Positions 1 through 13,086 of a DNA stretch of 64,000 nucleotides are shown piece by piece. The stretch spans positions 11,301 through 75,300 of the forward strand of contig NZ_CANMSS010000015.1 of NCBI RefSeq assembly GCF_947500695.1, read 5' to 3'. The translations under genes and the position numbers were made by a program. This stretch comes from an uncultured Pseudoteredinibacter sp. Lineage in GTDB: Bacteria; Pseudomonadota; Gammaproteobacteria; Pseudomonadales; Cellvibrionaceae. Position 1 is the stretch's first letter. Every line of letters starts with the position of its first letter. Below the pieces are notes generated by a model that did no database searches, was not told where the DNA came from, and saw nothing but the letters and a program-made list of their open reading frames with translations.

Positions 1-773
1 TGACCGACGAACAACTCGCTATTGCAGAGCGACACCGGGATTACCATGCTGATGCCTTCGGCTATTCAAAAAGCAATGTTGAATTCCACAAAGGCTATCT
101 GGAGCAACTGGATGAGCTCAATCTTGAGCCTGGCAGTTTCGACTTAATTATTTCTAACTGCGTCATTAATCTCTGCCAAGATAAAGAAGCCGTATTGAAA
201 CATTGCCACAGCCTATTGAAAGAAGGCGGCGAGATGTATTTTTCGGATGTTTATAGCGATCGCCGCGTACCCGATACATTGCGCACAGACCCAGAGCTAT
301 ACGGCGAATGCTTAAGCGGAGCTTTATACTGGAACGATTTTCACAATCTCGCCAAGGCCTGCGGCTTTGCCGACCCACGACTGGTCGAAGATCGCCCTCT
401 TGGGCTCAACAATGACTCTGTAGTAGAGCGCATCGGCCATATTGGTTTTTACTCTGCTACTTATCGATTGTTTAAAATTAGCGGCTTGGAGCCTTTTTGC
501 GAAGATTACGGTCAGGCCGTTAAATACCTAGGCGGCGTTGAAGGACAAGAGCAAGCCTTCAGTTTAGATAAGCACCACCATATCGATAAAGGTCGTTTGT
601 TCCCAGTCTGCGGTAACACTTACCGAATGCTCAATGAAAGCCGCTTTGCCAAGCACTTTGAGTTTTACGGTAACTGGGATACTCACTTTGGTATTTTCGA
701 GGGCTGCGGCACAAGTTTGCCTTACGATCAAGAAACAGGCTCAATACAAAGTCCTTCAGGTGGCTGCTGCTAG
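1..773 (+). CDS. arsM: Arsenite methyltransferase (AS3MT/ArsM-like), 5' partial
   Basis: Frame is open from the window start (TDEQLAIAERHRDYH...), so it is longer than the 195 start in the ORF track. AS3MT motifs SNCVINL, GGEMYFSDVY and GECLSGALYW; ends GGCC. Confidence 0.85.
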   Translation, partial: TDEQLAIAERHRDYHADAFGYSKSNVEFHKGYLEQLDELNLEPGSFDLIISNCVINLCQDKEAVLKHCHSLLKEGGEMYFSDVYSDRRVPDTLRTDPELYGECLSGALYWNDFHNLAKACGFADPRLVEDRPLGLNNDSVVERIGHIGFYSATYRLFKISGLEPFCEDYGQAVKYLGGVEGQEQAFSLDKHHHIDKGRLFPVCGNTYRMLNESRFAKHFEFYGNWDTHFGIFEGCGTSLPYDQETGSIQSPSGGCC

Positions 774-876
774 CAGCCTATTTACCCGAATAGAGTGACC
801 TAATCCCCGTGTGCGCCGCTCCACAATGGAAGGCGTCTGGGGTACCATCCCAGTTTTTAATCACTGGTAACACTAC

Positions 877-1812
877 ATGTCGCGTCGACACGAAAATCTA
901 GACCAATTTCGCGGGTACTTTTTACACCCCAAGTTTTGGCCACTTTGGCTTTGGTTCGCCATATTATGGCTAGTCGGGCGCTTGCCACTTCCAGCGATTC
1001 GTGGCTTGGGTAGCGCTACTGGCAAACTGGTTTATAGCGTTGCCAAAAGCAGACGTCGAGTGACACTTCGCAACCTAGAGCTATGTTTTCCTGAAAAGAG
1101 TGAAGCCGAGCGAGAAAACATAGCCAAGCAAAGCTTTGCCAATGCAGGAATGGCACTATGGGAGTCTGGCCTAATTTGGTTTGGTCGCCTCTCCCGTATT
1201 CGGAAGATGCACAACATCATCGGCCTGGAGTACCTCCAAAAACAAGACGATGAAGCAATTCTCGCTCTAGCAATGCATAACAGCTGTTTAGAGCCTGCCT
1301 ATGGCCCTCTAGCCCTTGAGCACAGCATGAAAATACTGTTCCGCGTACATAACAACCCATTCTGGGAGTATGTGGCGCAAAAAGGAAGGAATCGTTACAA
1401 CTTAGAGCTGGTTTCCAATAAGCGTGTAAGTAGATTTGTCGAATATATGCGCGAAGGCCACACCGGGCTTATTGCGGCTGATCATGACCTAGGTCGGAAG
1501 AGTAGTATATTTGTGCCGTTTTTCGGTATTCAAACCGCCACGGTTACCACTCCAAGCACCCTAGCTACAGCGGCTAATGCCAGAGTTGTATTTACTTGCG
1601 GCTATCGCACAGCCAAGGGTTATGAGGTCGAAATCAGCCCCATGGAGAATTTTCCTAGCGAAGATATTCACGCTGATATCGAGCGATTTAGCGCCACAGT
1701 TGAGGCCCATGTGCGCAAGCACCCCGCAGAGTATCTCTGGATGCATCGCCGCTTTAAAACTCGCCCAGAAGGCGAAGAAAGCTTGTACCAGAAGAAAGAC
1801 AAGAAGAAATAG
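877..1812 (+). CDS. lpxL: Lipid A late acyltransferase (LpxL/HtrB/MsbB family)
   Basis: HPKFWPLW N-terminus, NLELCFPE, DHD..KSSIFVPFFG, PAEYLWMHRRFKTRP. Confidence 0.85.
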   Translation: MSRRHENLDQFRGYFLHPKFWPLWLWFAILWLVGRLPLPAIRGLGSATGKLVYSVAKSRRRVTLRNLELCFPEKSEAERENIAKQSFANAGMALWESGLIWFGRLSRIRKMHNIIGLEYLQKQDDEAILALAMHNSCLEPAYGPLALEHSMKILFRVHNNPFWEYVAQKGRNRYNLELVSNKRVSRFVEYMREGHTGLIAADHDLGRKSSIFVPFFGIQTATVTTPSTLATAANARVVFTCGYRTAKGYEVEISPMENFPSEDIHADIERFSATVEAHVRKHPAEYLWMHRRFKTRPEGEESLYQKKDKKK

Positions 1813-1844
1813 CCCTTTCCAGCTATAAAGCTCAAGCAAATCAC

Positions 1845-1874
1845 CTGACAGCCGGGGGCCTAGGGCAGTATAAT
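1845..1874 (+). promoter_or_regulatory. sigma70-type promoter upstream of leuS
   Basis: CTGACA (1845-1850), 18-nt spacer, TATAAT (1869-1874). Confidence 0.55.
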
Positions 1875-1902
1875 CTGACCTTTTTGCCACCCCGGTTGAT
1901 AG

Positions 1903-4533
<2,631 letters not shown>

Positions 4534-4544
4534 CATTGTAAGGA

Positions 4545-5063
4545 ATGATAATAATGAGACTTTTCATGCGTTCAGCGCTAGTTGTAAGCATCATCACCCT
4601 GCTAACTGCTTGCGGCTGGCAACTGCGCGGGCATGTTGATCTCGCGGCTGACATTGGCTCCCTACAGGTCAGCTCAAGTGACGATGAGTTGCTACGAGAT
4701 TTGAAGAGTGCGCTGTTACGCAACAACATCACTCTGAGCGACTCAGATCCCGACTACAGACTCAACTTGGAAAAGATGCGCTTCGATCGCAGAACCGCAT
4801 CAGTAGGCAGCCAAATCTTGGCAGCCGAGTACGAGTTGAATATGCAAGTTGCTTATCAGATCTCTCAAATGAAGTACAAAGAAGGCGATAAGCCTTATCT
4901 TGACTCAGCCAGAGCAAGCACAATTCGAAGCTACGCCTACGATCCAAACAACACACTCGGCAAGGATCAAGAAGAGCGTCAATTGCGCCGTGAAATGCGT
5001 AATGAGATCGTACAGCAAATTCTGCGCCGCCTCGCCTTAATCAGCCAGCAGAACGAAGCTTAA
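4545..5063 (+). CDS. lptE: LPS assembly lipoprotein LptE
   Basis: Lipobox LTAC-GWQLRG; position between leuS and holA. Confidence 0.93.
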   Translation: MIIMRLFMRSALVVSIITLLTACGWQLRGHVDLAADIGSLQVSSSDDELLRDLKSALLRNNITLSDSDPDYRLNLEKMRFDRRTASVGSQILAAEYELNMQVAYQISQMKYKEGDKPYLDSARASTIRSYAYDPNNTLGKDQEERQLRREMRNEIVQQILRRLALISQQNEA

Positions 5064-5065
5064 AT

Positions 5066-6115
5066 ATGGCAAAGCTGCGCGCCGAACAACTACAAACCAG
5101 TTTAAAAAAAGAACTTAAACCGGTTTACATCATCAGCGGCGAAGAACCTCTACTGGCCCAGGAAATGGCTGACGAGGTTCGATCCGCGGCGCGCAAGCAA
5201 GGCTATAGCGAACGCGAAGTTCTACATGTTGATCGCAGCTTTGACTGGAATCTTTTGCTCGATAGCGCTAACGCTATGTCACTTTTTGCAGAAAAGAAAA
5301 TTATCGAGCTAAACATGCCTGGCGGAAAGCCCGGCACAGAAGGCAGCAAGGCTCTACAGCAATATTGCGATAATGCTAATGACGATAACATCCTGTTAAT
5401 TCACAGCGGCAAGCTGGATCAAGGGCAGCAGCGAGGAAAATGGTTCAAGGCTATTGAGAAACTTGGCCACAGCGTTCAAGTCTGGCCCATCAAGGCAGCT
5501 CAGCTACCCCACTGGATAAAGCAGCGCTTACAACAAGCAAATCTATCGGCAGACCCTCAAGCTATTGAAATCTTGTGTGCTAGAGTTGAAGGCAATTTAT
5601 TGGCGGCCGCTCAAGAAATTGAAAAGCTCAAACTACTTGCTGAAGACCACCACATCAGCAGCGAACTAATGAATAGCGTGGTCGCCAATAGTGCACGCTA
5701 CGATATTTTTGATCTTGCTGACAAAGCTTTAATGGGTGATGCCCAAGCCTGCACTCGAACACTACAAGGTTTGAAAAGCGAAGGCACAGATGCCATCCCT
5801 GTGCTTTGGGCACTGGCACGCGAGATTCGTAGCCTAAACCAAATAGCGCACGCTCAAGACCAGGGCCAAAATTTTGATTGGGCTGCCAAGAGCGCCGGCG
5901 TTTGGGACAAACGTAAACCGCTCGTTGCCGGCGCACTAAGACGTTTAAACAAAGCCCAGCTGGAACTGCTGCTGCGAAAAGCTAACGGCATCGACAAGGC
6001 AGCCAAAGGTATGCGCAAAGCCGACGCCTGGAGTGAGCTTATGGATTTATGCCTATGCTTATGCGGCCAGAACAGCATCCACCCAAGTTTACAACGGCTA
6101 TCCCTTAGCCTTTAA
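5066..6115 (+). CDS. holA: DNA polymerase III subunit delta
   Basis: PVYIISGEEPLL, EGNLLAAAQEIEKLKLL; leuS-lptE-holA synteny. Confidence 0.97.
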   Translation: MAKLRAEQLQTSLKKELKPVYIISGEEPLLAQEMADEVRSAARKQGYSEREVLHVDRSFDWNLLLDSANAMSLFAEKKIIELNMPGGKPGTEGSKALQQYCDNANDDNILLIHSGKLDQGQQRGKWFKAIEKLGHSVQVWPIKAAQLPHWIKQRLQQANLSADPQAIEILCARVEGNLLAAAQEIEKLKLLAEDHHISSELMNSVVANSARYDIFDLADKALMGDAQACTRTLQGLKSEGTDAIPVLWALAREIRSLNQIAHAQDQGQNFDWAAKSAGVWDKRKPLVAGALRRLNKAQLELLLRKANGIDKAAKGMRKADAWSELMDLCLCLCGQNSIHPSLQRLSLSL

Positions 6116-6129
6116 GTTAGTCCATCGCC

Positions 6130-7266
6130 ATGCCACAAGCTGCAGAGACCCAATTCCATCTTTTGGATAAAAGCTGGACATTAAAACGCTTTCCCGCCAG
6201 AAAAAACGACCCTCTTAGGGCTTGGGATGCGGCCGATGAGTTTATCCTGCAAGAAGTTCAAGGAAAGATTCAAAGCGAACACAGGGTGCTAATCATCAAC
6301 GATAGTTTTGGGGCAATATCTACAGTGCTGGCGGATGTTAAACCCCACTGGATTAGCGATTCCTTTATCAGCCAACAAGCCTGCAAACAAAACTTGACGC
6401 TTAATCAGCTTAGTGAAACTTTTATAAGCTGGGACGATGCTCAAGAATGGCCAAAGCAAAAGTTTGATTGGGTGTTAATAAAGCTTCCTAAAAGTCATGC
6501 CCAACTGGAAGACCAGCTATACCGCCTGCGCGATTGTATCCATAAAGATACTCGCATCATCGCCTGCGCAATGAGCAAAAACTTACACAGCCAGAGCATT
6601 AAGCTATTTGAAAAGCTCATTGGTAGCAGCCACACCTCTTTAGCCCAAAAGAAAGCACGCTTACTGTTTGCCAAAGCAGAACAGCTTGACCATATGGACT
6701 CGCCTTATCCAAAGTCCTATCAGCTCAAGCAATACCAACTTGAAGTATTCAATCATGCAGCTGTCTTTTCTCAACAAAAGCTGGATATTGGCACAGCCTT
6801 TTTGCTAGAGAACTTCCCAGAGAATCACAATTATAAGAACATAGTCGATTTAGGCTGTGGCAATGGGCTGCTGGGGATACGCGCCGCACAATTACACCCC
6901 GAAGCTAACATTGATTTCTACGATGAATCTCAGGCAGCCATTGCCAGCGCAAAGCTGAACGTCCAGCACAACAATCTAAATAGTGATCGCCTTTCTTTTC
7001 ACTTAAGCAATTGTCTAGATGGTGCAGATGAAAGCAGCGCCGATTTAGTGTTAAACAACCCCCCATTCCATCAGCAACACAGTATATCCGGCCATATCGC
7101 CAAACAAATGTTTCTGCAAAGCAAAAAAGTTCTAAAGCCTGGGGGAGAATTGTGGGTAATAGCCAATAGACACTTAGGCTATCACAAGGACTTAGATAAA
7201 ATTTTCGGTGGTCACAAGCTGGTAAAAAGCAACAGCAAGTTTGTGATTTTAAAAGCGAGAAAATAG
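6130..7266 (+). CDS. rlmG: 23S rRNA m2G1835 methyltransferase
   Basis: LRAWDAADE, INDSFGA, DLGCGNG, NPPFHQQH, ELWVIANRHLGY. Confidence 0.9.
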   Translation: MPQAAETQFHLLDKSWTLKRFPARKNDPLRAWDAADEFILQEVQGKIQSEHRVLIINDSFGAISTVLADVKPHWISDSFISQQACKQNLTLNQLSETFISWDDAQEWPKQKFDWVLIKLPKSHAQLEDQLYRLRDCIHKDTRIIACAMSKNLHSQSIKLFEKLIGSSHTSLAQKKARLLFAKAEQLDHMDSPYPKSYQLKQYQLEVFNHAAVFSQQKLDIGTAFLLENFPENHNYKNIVDLGCGNGLLGIRAAQLHPEANIDFYDESQAAIASAKLNVQHNNLNSDRLSFHLSNCLDGADESSADLVLNNPPFHQQHSISGHIAKQMFLQSKKVLKPGGELWVIANRHLGYHKDLDKIFGGHKLVKSNSKFVILKARK

Positions 7267-7292
7267 TCTAGCAAACAACAAACAGCGCCCAG

Positions 7293-9575
7293 CTAAATAC
7301 CTAGACCAATATTATTGTTGGCCACCAGCTCAAGTTTACGCTTAATCGAAAACAGGCTTTCTTCAATCTCTTGGGCTGAAATCGGTTTAGAGAAGTAAAA
7401 ACCCTGGGCATAATCACAACCCTGTTTTTTCAACCAGAATTTCTGATCACTGGTTTCGATACCTTCTGCTACCACCTTCAAGCCCATATTGTGCCCAAGA
7501 TCGATAATTGATTTGGCGATGGCGGCATCATTTTTATCTTGGTAGATGTCACGAATAAAGCTTCTGTCAATTTTTAAAGTATCAATGGGAAACCGCTTTA
7601 AATAGGCCAGTGAAGAATAACCTGTACCAAAGTCATCCATGGCTAAAGCGACACCCATTGCGTGCAAACGCTTCAACATTAAAACAGATTGCTCTGCATT
7701 TTCCATCGCAGATGTTTCCGTGATTTCCAGCTCCAAGCTAGCTGGCGGTAGCGAGTGTTTATCCAAGACCGACTTAATGAAATCTGAAAACTCACCTTGC
7801 AGGAATTGCCTGGGCGACAGATTCACCGCAACAGAGCCAATATTTAGGCCGCTATCCAGCCAAGCGCGCTGCTGCCTGCAGGCTTCATCTAACACCCACT
7901 CACCCAGCGGCACAATCAATCCCGTCTCTTCTGCAAGGGGGATAAAATCTGCTGGAGACATAAAACTACCATCACCAAGATCCCAGCGAACTAGAGCTTC
8001 AACGCCTATCACGTCGGTATTGTGAAGATCAATTTTAGGCTGATATAAGAGCTTTAATTGATTATTTTTAATGGCTTTACGGAGTTCATTTTCACGCAAC
8101 AAAGACTGCACTGCCTGCTCATTCATGGAATGATCAAATAAACGATAAGTATTCTTACCGTCGTCCTTCGCTCGGTACATCGCCACATCGGCATGCTTAA
8201 GCAAGGATTCACTATCTTCACCATCAGCAGGAAAAACACTCACGCCAATACTCAGGGTACTGGTAATCTCGTAACCTCTTAATTCAAAAGGCTCAGTACT
8301 AATATTTAGTATTTTTTCAGTCACCAAGGCCACATCGCTTTGATGCTGTATATCTTCAATCACCAAGACGAACTCATCACCACCTAATCGCGCTACTGTA
8401 TCTACTTCACGCACACAAGAGACTAAACGTTCAGCGATCACCTTTAGTAAGGCATCCCCAGCATCATGTCCAAAGCTATCGTTGATGTATTTAAAACGAT
8501 CAACATCAAGCAACATAATAGCCACTTGAGTATGGTTGCGCTTTGCCCTCGCCAAACTATGTAATAAGCGCTCATGAAATAATGTGCGATTTGGAAGGCC
8601 CGTGAGCTCATCATGAAACGCCAGATAGTTGAGGCGCTTTTGCTGTTCCTGCATTGCAAGCTCGGAATGTTTACGCTCTGTAATATCGGTACATATAGCG
8701 CAGCTCGCAAACAACTTTCCTTGCTGATCAAGCAAAGGAAAGCGATTAATCCAGTAGTACTTGGGTTCGCCATCATCTTCCGAGCAGTAAGAAAACTCCC
8801 AGTCTGCATTTACATCATCTTCGCTTTCGGGCTTTCCAGCCCAAAGGGCTTGGGCGATTTTTTCAGGAAAAAGAGCGTAGACATGATGGCCGTTGTAACG
8901 TGTACTGGCCGACTGCGAAAGCTCATCATTCAGATGATGATCACTACTGAGGATAACATTGCCGCCAAGATCTACTACCGAGATAAACACGGGCGAATGA
9001 TCCAAAATGGATCGAAGATAGACCTCGCTAGCCCAAAGTGCTTGCTCGGCGACTTTTGCTTTTTCGAGCTGCTGCTGATGCTGCCAGGTTACAATCAAAT
9101 GCTGTAACACAAGCCCGCAAAATACCTGAAGTTGCTGTCGCTCCTGCAATAGCTGCTCAGCTTGAGCCGCTTCAACATTTAGCTCCAGATACAACTGCCC
9201 TATTGGCTCATCCCCCTCACCAATAGGCACACAGGCTAAAGTCAGGCTTGAATCAAGAAAGCCCTTCTTGTCCTTAGCAAGATCGCTTACGGCATAAAAC
9301 TGTGGGGCAGCGGAGTTATAACAATGATGGACTTGTTCGGAGGCAATTCGACGAAAATTGCTTAGGTCCGTATTGAGCACCGTGAGGTTTTCACCTACTC
9401 CGGTGCCACGCACCCAATGCTCTCCAGATTCATTGGTAAGTAATACAACGCGAGAAACATAGGGCAAATCCGACCAATTTTTCAGCAACCACAAAACCAA
9501 TTCGCGATGAGGCTTGCTCACCACTAATTGGTAAAAGCGCCGCATTAGATCGACGGCCGCTAGTTGTTTTGGCAT
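7293..9575 (-). CDS. PAS-GGDEF-EAL c-di-GMP enzyme with an N-terminal GAF-like region
   Basis: HDELTGLPNR, RxxD I-site (REVD) five residues before GGDEF, EALVRW, DDFGTGYSSL, LKIDRSF, EGIE all intact. Confidence 0.93.
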   Translation of the reverse strand: MPKQLAAVDLMRRFYQLVVSKPHRELVLWLLKNWSDLPYVSRVVLLTNESGEHWVRGTGVGENLTVLNTDLSNFRRIASEQVHHCYNSAAPQFYAVSDLAKDKKGFLDSSLTLACVPIGEGDEPIGQLYLELNVEAAQAEQLLQERQQLQVFCGLVLQHLIVTWQHQQQLEKAKVAEQALWASEVYLRSILDHSPVFISVVDLGGNVILSSDHHLNDELSQSASTRYNGHHVYALFPEKIAQALWAGKPESEDDVNADWEFSYCSEDDGEPKYYWINRFPLLDQQGKLFASCAICTDITERKHSELAMQEQQKRLNYLAFHDELTGLPNRTLFHERLLHSLARAKRNHTQVAIMLLDVDRFKYINDSFGHDAGDALLKVIAERLVSCVREVDTVARLGGDEFVLVIEDIQHQSDVALVTEKILNISTEPFELRGYEITSTLSIGVSVFPADGEDSESLLKHADVAMYRAKDDGKNTYRLFDHSMNEQAVQSLLRENELRKAIKNNQLKLLYQPKIDLHNTDVIGVEALVRWDLGDGSFMSPADFIPLAEETGLIVPLGEWVLDEACRQQRAWLDSGLNIGSVAVNLSPRQFLQGEFSDFIKSVLDKHSLPPASLELEITETSAMENAEQSVLMLKRLHAMGVALAMDDFGTGYSSLAYLKRFPIDTLKIDRSFIRDIYQDKNDAAIAKSIIDLGHNMGLKVVAEGIETSDQKFWLKKQGCDYAQGFYFSKPISAQEIEESLFSIKRKLELVANNNIGLGI

Positions 9576-9659
9576 CCGCTCACCCCTACTACTTCCCAGA
9601 ATCAGGAATAAATCAGTAGATAAAGTAGCGGCTTTAGACGCCTAAACTTTAGTTTGAGA

Positions 9660-11078
9660 TTAATTGAATGCGCCTAAGCTCAATAGCGCAAAGCTACTAA
9701 GACTGATTACTAATACTGCAATCAGATTAATAGCAAAGCCATTGCTCACCATATCGGCAATTTTGACCTGACCGGTACCAAACACGATTGCATTGGGCGC
9801 TGTAGCTACCGGCAACATAAAGGCGCAACTTGAGGCTAAGGCAGCGGGCAACATTATTAAAGCTGGCTCCATGCCTGCTGCAATTGCTGTCGCCGCCAAA
9901 ATAGGCATCAGCAGAGTGGCTGTCGCCGTATTACTGGTAACTTCCGTCAAAAAAGCCACCCCAAAGCTCAGCAAAATTAGCAGCAGTAAAACTGGCAACT
10001 GATTAAAGCCTGCGAGCGCTTCACCAATAGCTTGGCTTAGGCCCGTGCTGGTGAAGGCCTTTGCGATTGCAATACCTCCGGCGAAAAGCAGTAGCACGCC
10101 CCAGTGAATTTGATTGGCGCTCTGCCAATCCAGTAAACGCTCACCCTCACCGTCTGGCAAAATAAATAGAACAAGGACCGCACAAAGTGCGACAGAGCCG
10201 TAATTAGCGTTAGGCAACCACTGTCCCCAGCCACCAGAAGGTCCCTTTAGCGTAACCCAGGCGATTGCGGTTAAGGCAAAAACAAACAACACTCTGCGCT
10301 CTGCTTTTCGCCATGGCCCAAGGTCTGGCAACTGAAGCATGCTAGTGTCTTTGCCGAGCGAACGACTCAGCCAAAAACCGGCTAAGGGCACCAGCAATAT
10401 CACCACAGGAATAGACCACTGCATCCAATCGACAAAGCTTAATTCAACACCGGTAGCATCTTGATAGGCCTGCATCATAATAACATTGGCAGGTGTTCCA
10501 ATTGGGGTTCCTAAACCACCAATACTCGCTGCATAGGCAATGCCCAATAATAAGGCGATCATCAGCTTTCGATCTGTGCTTTTTTCAAGCACAGCCAAGG
10601 CTACAGGTAACAACATTAGAGTGGTTGCTGTGTTTGATATCCACATCGATAACAGTGCTGACGCTGCCATAAAACCCAGTACTAAGCGCCGCTGACTGCC
10701 TCCGCCAAAAAGACCAACCATCCCCAGCGCCACACGTCGATGCGCGCCGCTTTTTTCCATCGCTTTAGAGAGCATTGCTCCGCCCATCAGCAAGATAATT
10801 AAGGGGCTACCGTAAGCCAGGGCGACATCTTTGGGGGTAAGAATCCCCAGTAGTGGAAATAGTCCTAAAGGAATTAGCGAGGTGGCAGGAATAGGGATGG
10901 GCTCGAACATCCACCAAAGTGCACACAGCAGAGTGAGCCCGGCGGTCATACTTGCATCGATAGGCCAGCCTTGCTGCCACATCATAGCACCCAGTAATGC
11001 CGCCAGTATTGGAGCAAGCCAAATCATACTGCGCTTGAGCCAAGCAAGAGCCGGCACAGAAGTCGTCGCTTCAGACAT
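9660..11078 (-). CDS. SLC13/DASS family Na+-coupled anion permease
   Basis: SMWISNTAT, GTPIGTPAN, TEVTSNTATA, FMLPVATAPNAIVF. Confidence 0.93.
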   Translation of the reverse strand: MSEATTSVPALAWLKRSMIWLAPILAALLGAMMWQQGWPIDASMTAGLTLLCALWWMFEPIPIPATSLIPLGLFPLLGILTPKDVALAYGSPLIILLMGGAMLSKAMEKSGAHRRVALGMVGLFGGGSQRRLVLGFMAASALLSMWISNTATTLMLLPVALAVLEKSTDRKLMIALLLGIAYAASIGGLGTPIGTPANVIMMQAYQDATGVELSFVDWMQWSIPVVILLVPLAGFWLSRSLGKDTSMLQLPDLGPWRKAERRVLFVFALTAIAWVTLKGPSGGWGQWLPNANYGSVALCAVLVLFILPDGEGERLLDWQSANQIHWGVLLLFAGGIAIAKAFTSTGLSQAIGEALAGFNQLPVLLLLILLSFGVAFLTEVTSNTATATLLMPILAATAIAAGMEPALIMLPAALASSCAFMLPVATAPNAIVFGTGQVKIADMVSNGFAINLIAVLVISLSSFALLSLGAFN

Positions 11079-11096
11079 GAGATTTTATTCTTATTT

Positions 11097-12005
11097 TTAG
11101 TTGAGAAAGGCCCAGTTTGCGGTCGTTGAAGGTAAGAAACCCGACTGCCTTAGAGCCCGAGCAATATTACCTTTAACCCGCAGCTTACGCATTCCTCGCT
11201 GGAGAGAAAAATAGGTTCGCTTACCCTTGGGATGCAAGCGACTGATGATAAAGTGGCGAGTACCACTCACCTTCAGCTTAACACCGGGCACAGGACTCAA
11301 AAACTTTTCTAAGTACTGTAAGGGCCTATCAGCTGATGCCGTAAAGGGTGCGGCAATTAAATCACTCGCGCCACTGCAAGACTGTTTAGCTATTTGATTC
11401 CAATCTGAGCTTAAAGAGAGATCTGCAACCTCTAAAGATTGCAGCAATTCAGTGACCATTGGCCAATTAGCGTGTGAGCTCAGTCTAAACTGCTGTAAAC
11501 CTGACAGATCGATGATGGACATAGGGCGACCGCAGCTATACAAGCCTAAATGGAATTCTCCTTGACGAATAATCGGGTCACTCACCCACAGGGATTTCGC
11601 TCGGCTTTGGGTTCGCTCACGCCAAATAGAAACGCCACCCAGCAACGCATCACCTTTTTCTACCTTAGAAAGGATGCTGAAGCTCGAGGCGGATTTAATC
11701 TTAATTTCGCCCTTTACCCCACCTAACTGCAGAGCCTGCACCAGAAGCACCAACTCGATGACTTCTAGGTTAATGAAGGGATCTTGATGTTTCAGGGTGT
11801 AGTCGGCACTGAAACGATAATCGCGAATATCGCCCAGCTGGCGGCCAGCGGTAAAGTCGCGAAAGCCAGAAACCACAGCAGCAGGCGCCAAAATAACGGT
11901 TTCGCCATCTGCAAAGGCCGGAAAAGCAAGCACTGAAAGGGGCAACAGCACTGCGCCAATCAGTAGATTTTTCAACTTGCGTAAGCCTTGCAACATCCAG
12001 TGCAC
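11097..12005 (-). CDS. Hypothetical exported protein, possible solute-binding-protein fold
   Basis: Signal-peptide-like N-terminus (LLIGAVLLPLSVLAFPAFA); GTRHFIISRLHPKG...LQRGMRKLR resembles marine SBP-like paralog families; start uncertain. Confidence 0.5.
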   Translation of the reverse strand: MHWMLQGLRKLKNLLIGAVLLPLSVLAFPAFADGETVILAPAAVVSGFRDFTAGRQLGDIRDYRFSADYTLKHQDPFINLEVIELVLLVQALQLGGVKGEIKIKSASSFSILSKVEKGDALLGGVSIWRERTQSRAKSLWVSDPIIRQGEFHLGLYSCGRPMSIIDLSGLQQFRLSSHANWPMVTELLQSLEVADLSLSSDWNQIAKQSCSGASDLIAAPFTASADRPLQYLEKFLSPVPGVKLKVSGTRHFIISRLHPKGKRTYFSLQRGMRKLRVKGNIARALRQSGFLPSTTANWAFLN

Positions 12006-12303
12006 CCGTTTCTTTAGATCGAATTCTCTATTCTACCCAGCTCACTCAGGCTATCAATGCTTATGGACAAATCCATTATTTAGCCAAGCGCTGCTTTTCA
12101 GGCTAAAAGTTTCGCCAGAGCCATATATAATAACCACAAGCGGAGATGTATGCACTTACTTACACTTATTTTAAGTCGGCACAATGAGCAGCATAGAAAT
12201 AAATAATATTGGTAAAAGTGTAGCGGGTTATTACTCTTGTACATATAAATGTCACACTTACCGCTAACAATCTGCTCACAAATTGGCCGATGGCGATTAA
12301 AGT

Positions 12304-13086
12304 ATGGGCATCTACCCTCAACAGCGACAGCAGGCGCTTATGGAACTCGATAAGCCATTATTTTGTATTGCACACCGTGGCGGATCCCAACGCTACGAAA
12401 ACACTCTACGCGCCATAAGCCGAGCATTAGAGCTTGGAGTGGATGCCATTGAGATCGATGTTTGGAATGTGCGGGGCGAGCTTCTGGTCTTCCATGACCG
12501 AAGGCTAAGCTCAGGGCCTTTTAATGGCGAGTTACTGGTACAACAAGATCCAGAAGAGCTCAGGAAGACACCACTATCTTGTGGCGAGCACATTCCGACC
12601 CTGCTAGAGGTCATGGAGCTGGTTGCCGATAAAGCATTGCTCAATATCGAGTTAAAAGGACCCGGTTGTGTGAAATCAGTCAGCCAACAGATAGAGGACT
12701 TTGTACTCTATAAGCAAGGCAGCTACGAGTCCTACCTAATCTCAAGCTTCGACCATGTTCAGCTACACAAGCTTAGCCAGCGTTTGCCTGAAGTTAAACG
12801 CGGAGCACTATTCGCTGGCGTACCGTTAGACTATGCCGCCTGCTGTGAGCAACTTGGCGCCTACTCGCTCCATGCCTGTCTTGGATTCTTGCGGCAAGGA
12901 CTTATCGATGACGCCAGTGCCCGAGGGCTAAAAACCTGGGTGTACACCGTAAATCATGAAGAGGATATGGGGCATTTAGCTGCAATGGGGGTAGACGGCG
13001 TGTTTACCGATTTTCCTGAAAAGGTATTGGCGCTGAACACTGAATACCTACTAAGGCACCCGAAAGTGGAAAGCGGAAGCTTTTAG
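12304..13086 (+). CDS. Glycerophosphodiester phosphodiesterase
   Basis: IAHRGGS, ENTL, EIDV, FHDRRL, NIELK, YTVN, GVDGVFTDFP. Confidence 0.92.
   Translation: MGIYPQQRQQALMELDKPLFCIAHRGGSQRYENTLRAISRALELGVDAIEIDVWNVRGELLVFHDRRLSSGPFNGELLVQQDPEELRKTPLSCGEHIPTLLEVMELVADKALLNIELKGPGCVKSVSQQIEDFVLYKQGSYESYLISSFDHVQLHKLSQRLPEVKRGALFAGVPLDYAACCEQLGAYSLHACLGFLRQGLIDDASARGLKTWVYTVNHEEDMGHLAAMGVDGVFTDFPEKVLALNTEYLLRHPKVESGSF

Noticed and set aside
12250-12280. Possible Pho box upstream of the GDPD gene
   Set aside because: GTCAC, CTAAC and CTCAC half-sites are poor matches with irregular 12/11-nt spacing
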